Shown here: one piece after another, positions 1-7,723 of the stretch
How the letters are laid out: each line of letters begins with the position of its first letter
Position numbering within the stretch: the stretch's first letter is position 1
Assembly (NCBI GenBank): GCA_030754595.1
Contig: JASLZZ010000042.1
Span: forward strand, 1-12,775
Reading direction: 5' to 3'
From: Nitrospinota bacterium
GTDB taxonomy: Bacteria; UBA8248
DNA: 12,775 nt
Program-made: the position numbers and the translations under genes
The notes under the pieces: model-generated
Told to the model about the DNA's origin: nothing
Seen by the model: the letters and a program-made list of their open reading frames with translations, nothing else
The model's database searches: none

Positions 1-45
1 AAGGTAGCCACCGAACACCATGGTTCTTTAGTTTCAGGTGCTGGA

Positions 46-66
46 GTGTGACAGCGGGTGTGACAG
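46..66. repeat. Direct repeat GTGTGACAG x2 (12-bp period)
   Basis: GTGTGACAG at 46-54 and 58-66, read directly. Confidence 0.75.
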
Positions 67-441
67 AGCCTATACAACTCTACCCTACTCAGCCTCATCC
101 AAACCAATTTCGGAATTTTGGGTATCTGATTGAAGTTCTTGCATATTGTCGGGATTTAAAGGGATATCGGATGAGGGTTCTTCGGTCTTATTTCCGTCTC
201 TTAATCCGTTGCTCCAGGGGATTAGTCGGTTTTTCCGGCCAACGGTTCGGATAATTGATAAGTCTAAAATCCCATCCATAATCAAATCGGAACTTGAAGG
301 GTCAACTCAGATCCGCTGGGGACTCCTGGCAATGAACGGGTCGATTTGTGCCATCGGAGCTTTTCTTGAGCCCGAATGAAAATTGGTTGAGATTTTGGGC
401 AGGTTAGATTGCGGGAGAGGTTATTTTTTGATCAGTCGGAC

Positions 442-459
442 GGTGACCGATTGGTGACC
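442..459. repeat. Direct repeat GGTGACC x2 (11-bp period), candidate integrase arm-type site
   Basis: GGTGACC-GATT-GGTGACC, about 50 bp beyond the tRNA-Gln 3' end. Confidence 0.65.
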
Positions 460-466
460 CGTAAAT

Positions 467-498
467 AAAAAGGGCTACGGTCATCGCCGTAAACCCTT
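467..498 (-). terminator. Intrinsic terminator-like hairpin downstream of tRNA-Gln
   Basis: Plus strand AAGGGCTACGG (470-480) / TCATCG loop / CCGTAAACCCTT (487-498) is an imperfect stem. The A-run at 467-471 gives a U-tract on the minus-strand transcript. Confidence 0.6.
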
Positions 499-506
499 GA
501 TTCATT

Positions 507-580
507 TGGTTGGGGGACTAGGATTCGAACCTAAGTTCCCAGATCCAGAGTCTGGTGTCCTGCCGCTAGACGATCCCCCA
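507..580 (-). tRNA. tRNA-Gln (anticodon CTG), CCA encoded
   Basis: Reverse complement folds as TGGGGGA-TC-GTCT-AGCGGCA-GGAC-A-CCAGA-CT[CTG]GA-TCTGG-GAAC-TTAGG-TTCGAAT-CCTAG-TCCCCCA-A-CCA, with the U1-A72 pair typical of bacterial tRNA-Gln. Confidence 0.97.
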
Positions 581-625
581 ACGGTGTTCGGAGCGGGTTG
601 AATCGGGCGCTCTGGACGCCCGGCC

Positions 626-653
626 CGCATAAAATCCTCGGCGAGTTTATGCG
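626..653. repeat. Inverted repeat CGCATAAA...TTTATGCG in the gltX-tRNA-Gln spacer
   Basis: Perfect 8-bp arms at 626-633 and 646-653, with an inner CTCG-G-CGAG symmetry. Confidence 0.7.
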
Positions 654-738
654 AAATCGCGGCCTCGGGCAATCCGGCGGGGTGTATTCCCGGCGCGGAT
701 CTCACCCCTCGCCTCGAGGCCATTGAATGGGTGGGGAG

Positions 739-2163
739 CTATTTCATCGGCTCAGGGCTGTCTATCCGGCTCAGGGCTGTGTCGATTCGCTCGAGGGAGC
801 GCTCCTTGCCGAGAAGGCAAAGGGTCTCGAAGATGCCCGGGCTCACAGTGCCGCCAGTGATGGCGACGCGCACGGGCTGGGCCAGCTTGCCGAGTTTCAT
901 TCCCTCAGCTTCGAGTACGCCCTCGAAAGCGGTCTTGACCCCCTCGGGCGAGAAGGGCTCGACCCCGGCGATGGCCTCGCGCGCCCGCGCGAGCGGGCCG
1001 GCGACCTCGGGTTTTAGGAACTTTCCCGCCGCTTTTTCGTCGAACTCGACCGTCGGGCGGAAGAAAAACGCGGCCCCCTTGGCCATCTCCTCCAATGTTT
1101 TCGCACGTGTCTTGAGCTCCTCGACGACGCCGAGGCGGGCCTCCCGCGAGAGCAGGCCGGGGTCGAGCCCGCGGGCCCTGAGGCGCTCCTCGAGCAGGGC
1201 GAGCAGCCTCACGGCCTCCCCGTTCATAATGTGTTCCTGGTTTGTCCAGAGTAGTTTCTCGGGGTTGAAGACAGCGGCCGATAGATTGAGGTTGTCGATC
1301 GAAAAATTCCGGATGATCTCCTCTCGCGTGAAAATCTCCTGATCCCCGAGGCTCCAGCCCAGACGGACGAGGTAGTTGATGAACGCCTCGGGAAGATAGC
1401 CCTGCGCGTGGAACTCGAGGACCGAGGTGGCTCCGTGGCGCTTGGAGAGGCGCTTTTTATCCGAGCCGAGGATCATCGAGATGTGGGCGAAGCGGGGAGG
1501 CGCCTCGCCCAGGGCGCCGTAGACGAGGATTTGCTTGGGCGTGTTCGATAGATGGTCGTTCCCGCGGATGACGTGGGTGATCCGCATGTCGATGTCGTCA
1601 ACGGCGACGCAGAAATTATAGGTCGGGGAGCCGTTCGTGCGGACGATCACCATGTCGTCGAGCTGATCGTTTTGAAAGGTGACGGTTCCGGCCAGGAGGT
1701 CTTCCACCATGGTCTCGCCCTCGTCCGGCGTGCGGAGGCGAAGGCAAAAAGGCTCGGCCGGGTCCGCGTCGTAGCGGCCCCGGCAGCGGCCGTCGTACTT
1801 GGGCGTTTTCCCCTCGGCGCGCGCCTTTTGGCGCATCTCCTCGACTTCATCGGGGGTGCAGGTGCAGCGGTAGGCCGTTCCCGCCTCGAGCATCCTGCGC
1901 GCCGCCCCGGCGTACATCTCCATCCGCTCGGTCTGGCGGTAGGGCCCCTCGTCCCAGTCGAGGCCGAGCCATTCGAACGCCTCGAGGATTGCACCGTAGT
2001 ACTCTTCGGTCGAGCGCTCCCGGTCGGTGTCCTCGACGCGGAGGATGGCCGTCCCGCCCGTGTGGCGTGCGAAAAACCAGTTGAAAAGGGCGGTTCTCGC
2101 TCCCCCGATATGAAGGTGCCCTGTGTTCGAGGGGGCGAAACGGACGCGGACGGCTTCGTTCAT
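739..2163 (-). CDS. gltX: Glutamate--tRNA ligase (474 aa)
   Basis: RVRFAPSNTGHLHIGGARTAL (HIGH motif), LRVEDTDRER, CTC...YDGRC zinc region, HVIRGNDHLSNTPKQ, RLSKRHGA (KMSKS motif) and a C-terminal anticodon-binding domain. Start placed at ATG 2161-2163, preceded by GGAG at 5-nt spacing, rather than the ORF-track 2214. Confidence 0.97.
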   Translation of the reverse strand: MNEAVRVRFAPSNTGHLHIGGARTALFNWFFARHTGGTAILRVEDTDRERSTEEYYGAILEAFEWLGLDWDEGPYRQTERMEMYAGAARRMLEAGTAYRCTCTPDEVEEMRQKARAEGKTPKYDGRCRGRYDADPAEPFCLRLRTPDEGETMVEDLLAGTVTFQNDQLDDMVIVRTNGSPTYNFCVAVDDIDMRITHVIRGNDHLSNTPKQILVYGALGEAPPRFAHISMILGSDKKRLSKRHGATSVLEFHAQGYLPEAFINYLVRLGWSLGDQEIFTREEIIRNFSIDNLNLSAAVFNPEKLLWTNQEHIMNGEAVRLLALLEERLRARGLDPGLLSREARLGVVEELKTRAKTLEEMAKGAAFFFRPTVEFDEKAAGKFLKPEVAGPLARAREAIAGVEPFSPEGVKTAFEGVLEAEGMKLGKLAQPVRVAITGGTVSPGIFETLCLLGKERSLERIDTALSRIDSPEPMK

Positions 2164-2272
2164 GATTTCTCCATTGGTTCGGTTCGGCATTTGACCGGTT
2201 CGGCGGGGGGGCAACCCCGGCGGGGGCTAGCCTCACACCCGGCATGACCCTACTTGTACGTTCCGGCGGAAC

Positions 2273-3577
2273 TTACGGCAACACGCCGTCGCTTTTGGCA
2301 TCGTCCACATCGGGGGCGGTCCAAAGGAGAGCGCCCCCAGCCACGAAGAACACCAGGACCGAGAGTATCGCCACGCGCTGGTTTCCGGTCGCCGCCGAGA
2401 CGGCCCCGAATGTGAGGGGTCCGAGCACCGAGCTCATCTTGCCGCACAGGCCGTAGAAGGCGTAGGTCTGCGTTGTTCCGCCCGGCGGGATGTAGCGCGC
2501 CATCAGGGAGCGGCTCGCCGACTGGCACGAGCCCAGCGAGAAACCCGCCAGTATGGAGACCATCAGGAAAACCCCCTTCGTCTCCGTAAAATAAGCCACG
2601 ACGACCACAAGGCACCAGTTCGCCAGGGTGAGGAGGATGGTCTTCCTATCGCCCCACCAGTCGGAGAGATATCCCAGCGCGAACGCTCCCGCCCCCGCCG
2701 ATAGCTGGACCGCGATGAAGAGTTCGAGGGTCTCCCCCATGGAGAATCCCAGGGTGGTCACGGCGTAGATCGAGCTAAACGAAATAACGGTGACGATGCC
2801 GTCGTTATAGAGAAAAAACGCGAGGAGAAACCGAAGCGCCCCCTCGCGGCGGTGGAGGGCCCGGAGGGTTTTCCAGAGTGAGCGAAAGGCGGACATCGCC
2901 CCGAGTAGCGCGCTGGGCCGCCCGCCCGAGAGCCTCACGTCTCCGTAAGCCTGGGGCCATGCGGGAGGCCGCGATTCCCCGAGCCAGAAAAACAGCGGCA
3001 GGGTGAATATCGCATAGAACGCGGCGACGACGGCGAAGCTGGCCCGGAAGAGGGGAAGGGTTTCCGGCGAGAATCCACCGGCGAGAAGCGGCTTGACCAG
3101 AAACAGGCAGAGCAGGCCGCCGAGGTAGCCGACCCCCCATCCCCATCCGCTGATTCGTCCGCGGTGGGCGGGCGCTGCGATGTCCGGCAAAAATGCGTTA
3201 TAGAAAACGAGGGATCCCTCGAAACCGATTGTGGCGACGATATACAGGCCCATCCCCCAAGCGATCATCCCGGCTCCCACGGTGGAGAGCAGCAGCGTCG
3301 CAGCAATGCAGACGGCGGCGAAGGCGAGGAGGAGCCGCTTCCTAATGGCGGATCGATCCGCGATGACGCTCAGAGGAGGGGCGATCAGGGAGGTTATGAT
3401 CATCGCTGTGGAGAGCGAGAGACCCCAGAGGAAATCCGCGCTTCCGCCGCCCCCGGCCACGATCTTCTTGAAGTAGATGCTGTAGGCGACGGTGACGATG
3501 AGGGTGGGATAGGCCGAATTGGCGAAATCGTAGGCGCACCAAGAAAAAATTTCGAGTTTCCGGCTTCGGCAGCTCAT
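2273..3577 (-). CDS. MFS transporter, UMF1/Atg22(BtlA)-like family (434 aa)
   Basis: About 12 hydrophobic segments. N-terminal SWCAYDFANSAY, then FYNAFLPDIA...RGRISGWGWGVGYLGG, FLYNDGIVTVI and QSASRSLMARYIP match this family from recognition. Substrate unknown. Confidence 0.9.
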   Translation of the reverse strand: MSCRSRKLEIFSWCAYDFANSAYPTLIVTVAYSIYFKKIVAGGGGSADFLWGLSLSTAMIITSLIAPPLSVIADRSAIRKRLLLAFAAVCIAATLLLSTVGAGMIAWGMGLYIVATIGFEGSLVFYNAFLPDIAAPAHRGRISGWGWGVGYLGGLLCLFLVKPLLAGGFSPETLPLFRASFAVVAAFYAIFTLPLFFWLGESRPPAWPQAYGDVRLSGGRPSALLGAMSAFRSLWKTLRALHRREGALRFLLAFFLYNDGIVTVISFSSIYAVTTLGFSMGETLELFIAVQLSAGAGAFALGYLSDWWGDRKTILLTLANWCLVVVVAYFTETKGVFLMVSILAGFSLGSCQSASRSLMARYIPPGGTTQTYAFYGLCGKMSSVLGPLTFGAVSAATGNQRVAILSVLVFFVAGGALLWTAPDVDDAKSDGVLP

Positions 3578-3817
3578 CGGCTTCGGAGGTCTCCTGGGCG
3601 CAAAGGCCCCGGTGGGGCCATGTCCGGCATGGCCTTGATAATTGGGCGGCTATCGAACCGCCCAATCATACTTGGAATCGGACGAAACGGACCATCCCGG
3701 ACGGACCGGCTCGGCGGCGTGCATTTGTGCTCAGGCGGGATATGCCGTAGAAAAAAGGGGCCGCTGTCCCTTCATCCCTGCAATTGTAATGATGACCTAT
3801 CCGAGGAATAAGAATCT

Positions 3818-6800
3818 ATGGCTCGAATTCTGAAGTGGGCTCTTGGGACTATTCTCGTGCTCGCTGTTTTGGTGGGCGGCGCCGCCATCGCGGTGCGCGT
3901 TTTCGTCTCCTCCGATCAAATGAAACAACTGGCCGAGGGCTACGGGTCGAGTTTCCTGGGGCGGAAAATCAAGGTCGCCGAACTGTCGATCGGATTGTTC
4001 TCGGTGGAGGCCTCGGGGCTGGTCGTCGAAGGGAGGGCGGCCGCTAGGGCGAATGGCAAGGCCCCACTCCTGAAGGTGGAGAGAATCGAAGCCCTCCTGA
4101 ACCCCACCGCTCTCCTCTATAAAAAGATCAGCATTCTCAGCCTCGAAATCTCGGGGATTAAAATCAATGCGTCGAGAGACTCGCGCGGGCGGCTCAGTTT
4201 TCAGGACGTCATCGATCGTTTGAACTGGCCCCGGAGCGTGCGTAGGAGGGGGGAGGGCCCCCGCCATGGGCGGGCCTCTTTATTCGGTGTGGCCACCGCG
4301 TTCGGTGTGGCCGCCGCCGAGGCCGCCCCAGAGTCCGCCGGAGATTCCGGCGGCGGGCCGGCCGGACCCGAATATGATTTTGTCATCCGCGATCTGGCCC
4401 TCACCGATCTGAAGGTCTCGTTCGCGTCGGCCGCTTTCGGAGGGCTCCCCGCCTTTCGCGCCAGCTGCCGTTTCGCCACCGTCGAAATCGAGAAGTTTCG
4501 CTTGAACGATCCCCTCCCGATCGAGGTCGCGGGCGAGTGCGCCGAACCCGGGGCGGTTAAATTCGCCGTCACCGCCGAACTCGACCCCGCCTCGGGCAAC
4601 CTCGCGCTGACATCCTCGTTCGAGCCGTTCGATCTCATGCCCTTTGCCGGCCTTGCTCCCCCCCTGAATACCGCTCGCCTCCTGACGGGGGTCCTGGGCG
4701 GTGAGGTGAACGTTTCGCTTTCACCCGGGAAAAAAGTGACCTGGACGGCGAATCTCATCGGCGAGAAATTCAGCGCGGACCTGCGCCCGGGGGGTCGTGG
4801 GAAGTGGCAGCGGAAACATCTGGCCGCCATCCGCCTCAAAACCGGAGGCAGCTACGACATTTCCGGGGAGTCGGCCCGGATATCCGGCCTCGAAGCCGAG
4901 CTTCCGTTTCTGAAGCTGCGGCTGATCAAGGGGGCGGAATGGAATGTGGAAGGCCGCGACCGGGTGGACCTCGGCCTTGAGGTTGAAAATCTCGGGGAGG
5001 CCGCGAGGTGGGGCGCCTCCTTGCTGGACCTGTCCATCGAAAACGCCGATGGCGGAAAATTCTCGATCTCGCTCAAGGCGAGCCGGAATCGCAGGAAAGC
5101 GAATGCGGTCGATGTCGCCGCTTCGATCGGTTTTTCTCCCCTCGATTTGGCTCCCTATGCGGCGCTCCTGCCCCCTCGAGGCAACCTGCGCCGCCTCCGG
5201 GGGCGGCTGGGAGGATCGGCGGATGTCTCCTTCGCTCCGGACCGCGGCGTGCGGTGGAAGGCTGATTTCAGCGGAAAGGGCCTTGAGGCCCAGTTCCGGA
5301 CCGGGCGCGGAGAAGGGTGGCGGGCGCTGAAACTGGCCACCGCCGGGTTCCGGTCCGAGGGGCGCTACGATCTCCCGAGGGGTGCGGCCGAGGTGGCTTC
5401 GCTGGAGGTGGACCTTCCCTTCGCCACGGTTCGCCTACCGAAGAAAGCCTTCTGGAACAGGAGGGGAAAAGACGACGCGGAGCTGGCCGTAAAAATTACG
5501 GATCTCGGCCCGGCGGCCGAGGTGGCTTCGGCCCTTTCGGGGTTTTCGATCAATAAAGGGGATTTTAATAAGGGAGACAAACTCGATCTGAATATCGCCC
5601 TCTCCCGCGACCGGCGAAAAAAACAGGAGCTCTCGGTATCGGGCTCTGCCGCCCTCGATCCGATTCAGGTGGGGCCCTTCGCCGCCTTCGTTCCGGCCTC
5701 GGCGGGTGTGAAGGATATCCGGGGGGTGGTGGGCGGCAAGGTGGTGTTCCTCTTCAAGCAGGGGGAAACCGTATCCTGGAAGGCGAATCTCACCGGGAGT
5801 GCAATCTCGGGGAGGGTGGACACCAATTCCGACGGAAAATGGGGGTCGCTGAAGCTCAAGTCCTTCGAGCTTGGATCGGAAGGCCGCTACAATCTTCTCA
5901 GGGATTCCGCCCGGGTGAGCCGCCTGGACGCGAAGTTCCCCTTCGGGACCCTCGGGCTCGCCAAGGAGGCCCGGTGGAATTCCTCGGGCCGCGATGAAAT
6001 CGCCCTGGCCTGGCAGCTCTCCGACCTGGAGGCGGCCGTCCGCCTCGGCGCGGCGCTCGAGGTGGATGCGCTCAGGTCGGTCTCGCCCTTGGGCGCCTCG
6101 AAGGGGGAGGTCAGGATTTTGCGAGATCGAAGGAAATCTGAAACTTTCTCGGTAACGGGCTCCGCCGGAGTCAACCTCAAGCGGATTCATCTCGCGGAAT
6201 ATCCCAACCTGGAGGCGGCCGGTGAGGCCCGCGTCAATATGAGCGAAAAAACGTTGGCCGTCTCCGTTCCCACCCTCACCGTCCGCGAGCGGGGAGGAGG
6301 GCCGAGGGGTGGGCAGTCCTCCCCAGCGATCGACATTAAAAAATTCAGCATCTCGCTTTCGCAGGAAAACCTGATGAAGGGGCGCATCGTTTCGAGCAGG
6401 GCCTCCGCTGGCGCGCTTCGGATCAATTTTGTGATGGACCCGAAAAAAAACACCAATCTCAGGACGATTCTGGCCCCTCCCGCCGGGCGGGCGGCAGCGG
6501 CAAAAAGCCCGGCGAAGAAGCCGGCGAAGAGGTTGGGGGGCGCCGCTCGCGCTCCGCGGCAGTCCCGCACCTCGAAATCAACCGCAAGCCCTCGCCGGGC
6601 CTCGACTAAACCCGGGACTAAACCCGGGACTAAACGCGGGACGAAGCGCGCGGCGAAGAGCAGGTCCAGGCCGGCGGCGAAGCCGGCTGCTCCCGCGGCG
6701 GCTCTTCCCGATGTGTTCATCCGCCGGATGGAGATTGACCGCCTGGACTTCAAGTTCACCCATCAGGTTGAGCCAAAGGGGCGCCCGGTCGTCCTGGAGT

Positions 6801-7573
6801 GGAAGGATCTGAATCTCCGAATCGATAATCTCAATACGCGGATGCGCCGAGGAAGGATGGACGGGCGAATCGTCCTCGTCTCAAGAGCGAAGCCCGCGCC
6901 GCTATCCTTAAACTCGAAGATGAATCCCGCCCTCGACCCGCCGGATTTGGATGGAACGCTCTCCTTGAACAACTTTGATTTGAGCCGTCTCTCCCCCTAC
7001 GCCTTTAGCGCCCGGGGGATGGAGATTCGCGAGGGAGCGCTGGACATGAATTCATCCTTCAACCTGAGGGGCGGCTACCTGCGTTCGAGATTCAAGGGCA
7101 AGGTGCGAAGGCTCAAACTTCGTCAGGTCAAGAAGGCGGCCATCCTGGGGGAGGCGCAGGCTATCCTCCAGGGCATCGCCCTCGGGCTGCTCAAGCGGAA
7201 AAACGACGAGATCCCGGTCAGCTTCAAGATAAAGGGGAGGCTGGACGATCCATCTTTCAACACAGGCCGCGCCGTGACCGAGGCTCTTCTCGCGGGGGTC
7301 ATCAACAAGCTTGTCAAACTCGGCGGGAAAACCAAGGACCTGGGCGGAGAGGTGGGCAATATTTTGAAGGGTGTTCTCGGGAGGGTGCTCGGTGGACAGG
7401 CGCCCAAGGCGACTTCTCCCAGGCCTGCACCCACTCCTCGGAAACAGGCCGCCCCCAGGACACAGGCCGCCCCGCCGCCTCCTGAGCGCCGCCGCGTCCG
7501 GCCCAAGGATGCCGTAAAAGAGCTTGAGAACATTGGAAAGGACCTGCTCAGGGGGCTGTTCAGGGGGCGGTAG
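3818..7573 (+). CDS. AsmA-like / DUF748 envelope protein (1251 aa), putative bridge-like lipid-transfer family
   Basis: Single N-terminal membrane anchor (MARILKWALGTILVLAVLVGGAAIAV), an AsmA/Chorein-N-like start (LGRKIKVAELSIGLFSVEASGLVV) and a beta-strand-rich body. The C-terminal DUF748-like region reads FDLSRLSPY...ALGLLK...IPVSFKIKGRLDDPSF. GAGGA RBS at 3803-3807. Confidence 0.82.
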   Translation: MARILKWALGTILVLAVLVGGAAIAVRVFVSSDQMKQLAEGYGSSFLGRKIKVAELSIGLFSVEASGLVVEGRAAARANGKAPLLKVERIEALLNPTALLYKKISILSLEISGIKINASRDSRGRLSFQDVIDRLNWPRSVRRRGEGPRHGRASLFGVATAFGVAAAEAAPESAGDSGGGPAGPEYDFVIRDLALTDLKVSFASAAFGGLPAFRASCRFATVEIEKFRLNDPLPIEVAGECAEPGAVKFAVTAELDPASGNLALTSSFEPFDLMPFAGLAPPLNTARLLTGVLGGEVNVSLSPGKKVTWTANLIGEKFSADLRPGGRGKWQRKHLAAIRLKTGGSYDISGESARISGLEAELPFLKLRLIKGAEWNVEGRDRVDLGLEVENLGEAARWGASLLDLSIENADGGKFSISLKASRNRRKANAVDVAASIGFSPLDLAPYAALLPPRGNLRRLRGRLGGSADVSFAPDRGVRWKADFSGKGLEAQFRTGRGEGWRALKLATAGFRSEGRYDLPRGAAEVASLEVDLPFATVRLPKKAFWNRRGKDDAELAVKITDLGPAAEVASALSGFSINKGDFNKGDKLDLNIALSRDRRKKQELSVSGSAALDPIQVGPFAAFVPASAGVKDIRGVVGGKVVFLFKQGETVSWKANLTGSAISGRVDTNSDGKWGSLKLKSFELGSEGRYNLLRDSARVSRLDAKFPFGTLGLAKEARWNSSGRDEIALAWQLSDLEAAVRLGAALEVDALRSVSPLGASKGEVRILRDRRKSETFSVTGSAGVNLKRIHLAEYPNLEAAGEARVNMSEKTLAVSVPTLTVRERGGGPRGGQSSPAIDIKKFSISLSQENLMKGRIVSSRASAGALRINFVMDPKKNTNLRTILAPPAGRAAAAKSPAKKPAKRLGGAARAPRQSRTSKSTASPRRASTKPGTKPGTKRGTKRAAKSRSRPAAKPAAPAAALPDVFIRRMEIDRLDFKFTHQVEPKGRPVVLEWKDLNLRIDNLNTRMRRGRMDGRIVLVSRAKPAPLSLNSKMNPALDPPDLDGTLSLNNFDLSRLSPYAFSARGMEIREGALDMNSSFNLRGGYLRSRFKGKVRRLKLRQVKKAAILGEAQAILQGIALGLLKRKNDEIPVSFKIKGRLDDPSFNTGRAVTEALLAGVINKLVKLGGKTKDLGGEVGNILKGVLGRVLGGQAPKATSPRPAPTPRKQAAPRTQAAPPPPERRRVRPKDAVKELENIGKDLLRGLFRGR
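4625..6180 (+). repeat. Three tandem ~171-174-aa protein repeats inside the AsmA-like CDS
   Basis: Units start at aa 270 (nt 4625), 441 (nt 5138) and 615 (nt 5660). They share G.[LV]GG, W.A...G, G.W, G.Y[DN], [LF]PF, WN..G.D and R[ND]RRK in the same order. Confidence 0.85.
6604..6639 (+). repeat. 12-bp in-frame tandem repeat (TKPG-TKPG-TKRG)
   Basis: GACTAAACCCGG x2 followed by GACTAAACGCGG. Confidence 0.85.
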
Positions 7574-7723
7574 CTTTTCCCGAACGCCCCCCCTTGGCCT
7601 TTGGCCTTGCCCTCATGCGGCTCTTATTGGAGGGGGGCGGCAAGCCGGTTTTTCCAGTTTCCTCATTCGGCATTCCCCACACAAGGCTTTTTCGCAGCAA
7701 CTAGAACTATTTCCAAAGGTTTC

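Larger units (their letters stand above)
1..506. mobile_element. Probable edge of an integrative element/genomic island at the tRNA-Gln 3' end (partial, runs off the left edge)
   Basis: GC is ~47% over 1-480 (hand count) versus mid-60s in the core. The drop starts right after the tRNA CCA. Tandem direct repeats GGTGACC (442-448, 453-459) and GTGTGACAG (46-54, 58-66) resemble tyrosine-integrase arm-type sites. No integrase gene is visible in the window. Confidence 0.5.

Noticed and set aside
244..271. GGTTCGGATAA-TTGATA as a possible dif site
   Set aside because: The left arm is XerC-like, but the right arm (AGTCTAAAATC) lacks the TTATG core.
502..723. 73-aa minus-strand ORF
   Set aside because: It overlaps the tRNA-Gln gene and has no recognisable protein features.
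2176..2203. GGTTCGG repeats upstream of gltX as a LexA-type box
   Set aside because: The GTTC spacings (5, 16, 21 nt) fit neither GTTC-N7-GTTC nor GAAC-N4-GTTC.
727..2247. Antisense and alternate-frame ORFs over gltX (727-1017, 731-1342, 1552-2247, 1647-1994, 1847-2245)
   Set aside because: Shadow ORFs expected in high-GC coding DNA, with no motifs.
7585..7653. Terminator after the AsmA-like gene
   Set aside because: The CGCCCCCC/GGGGGGCG arms enclose a ~39-nt loop and are separated from the T-run, which is too weak to call.
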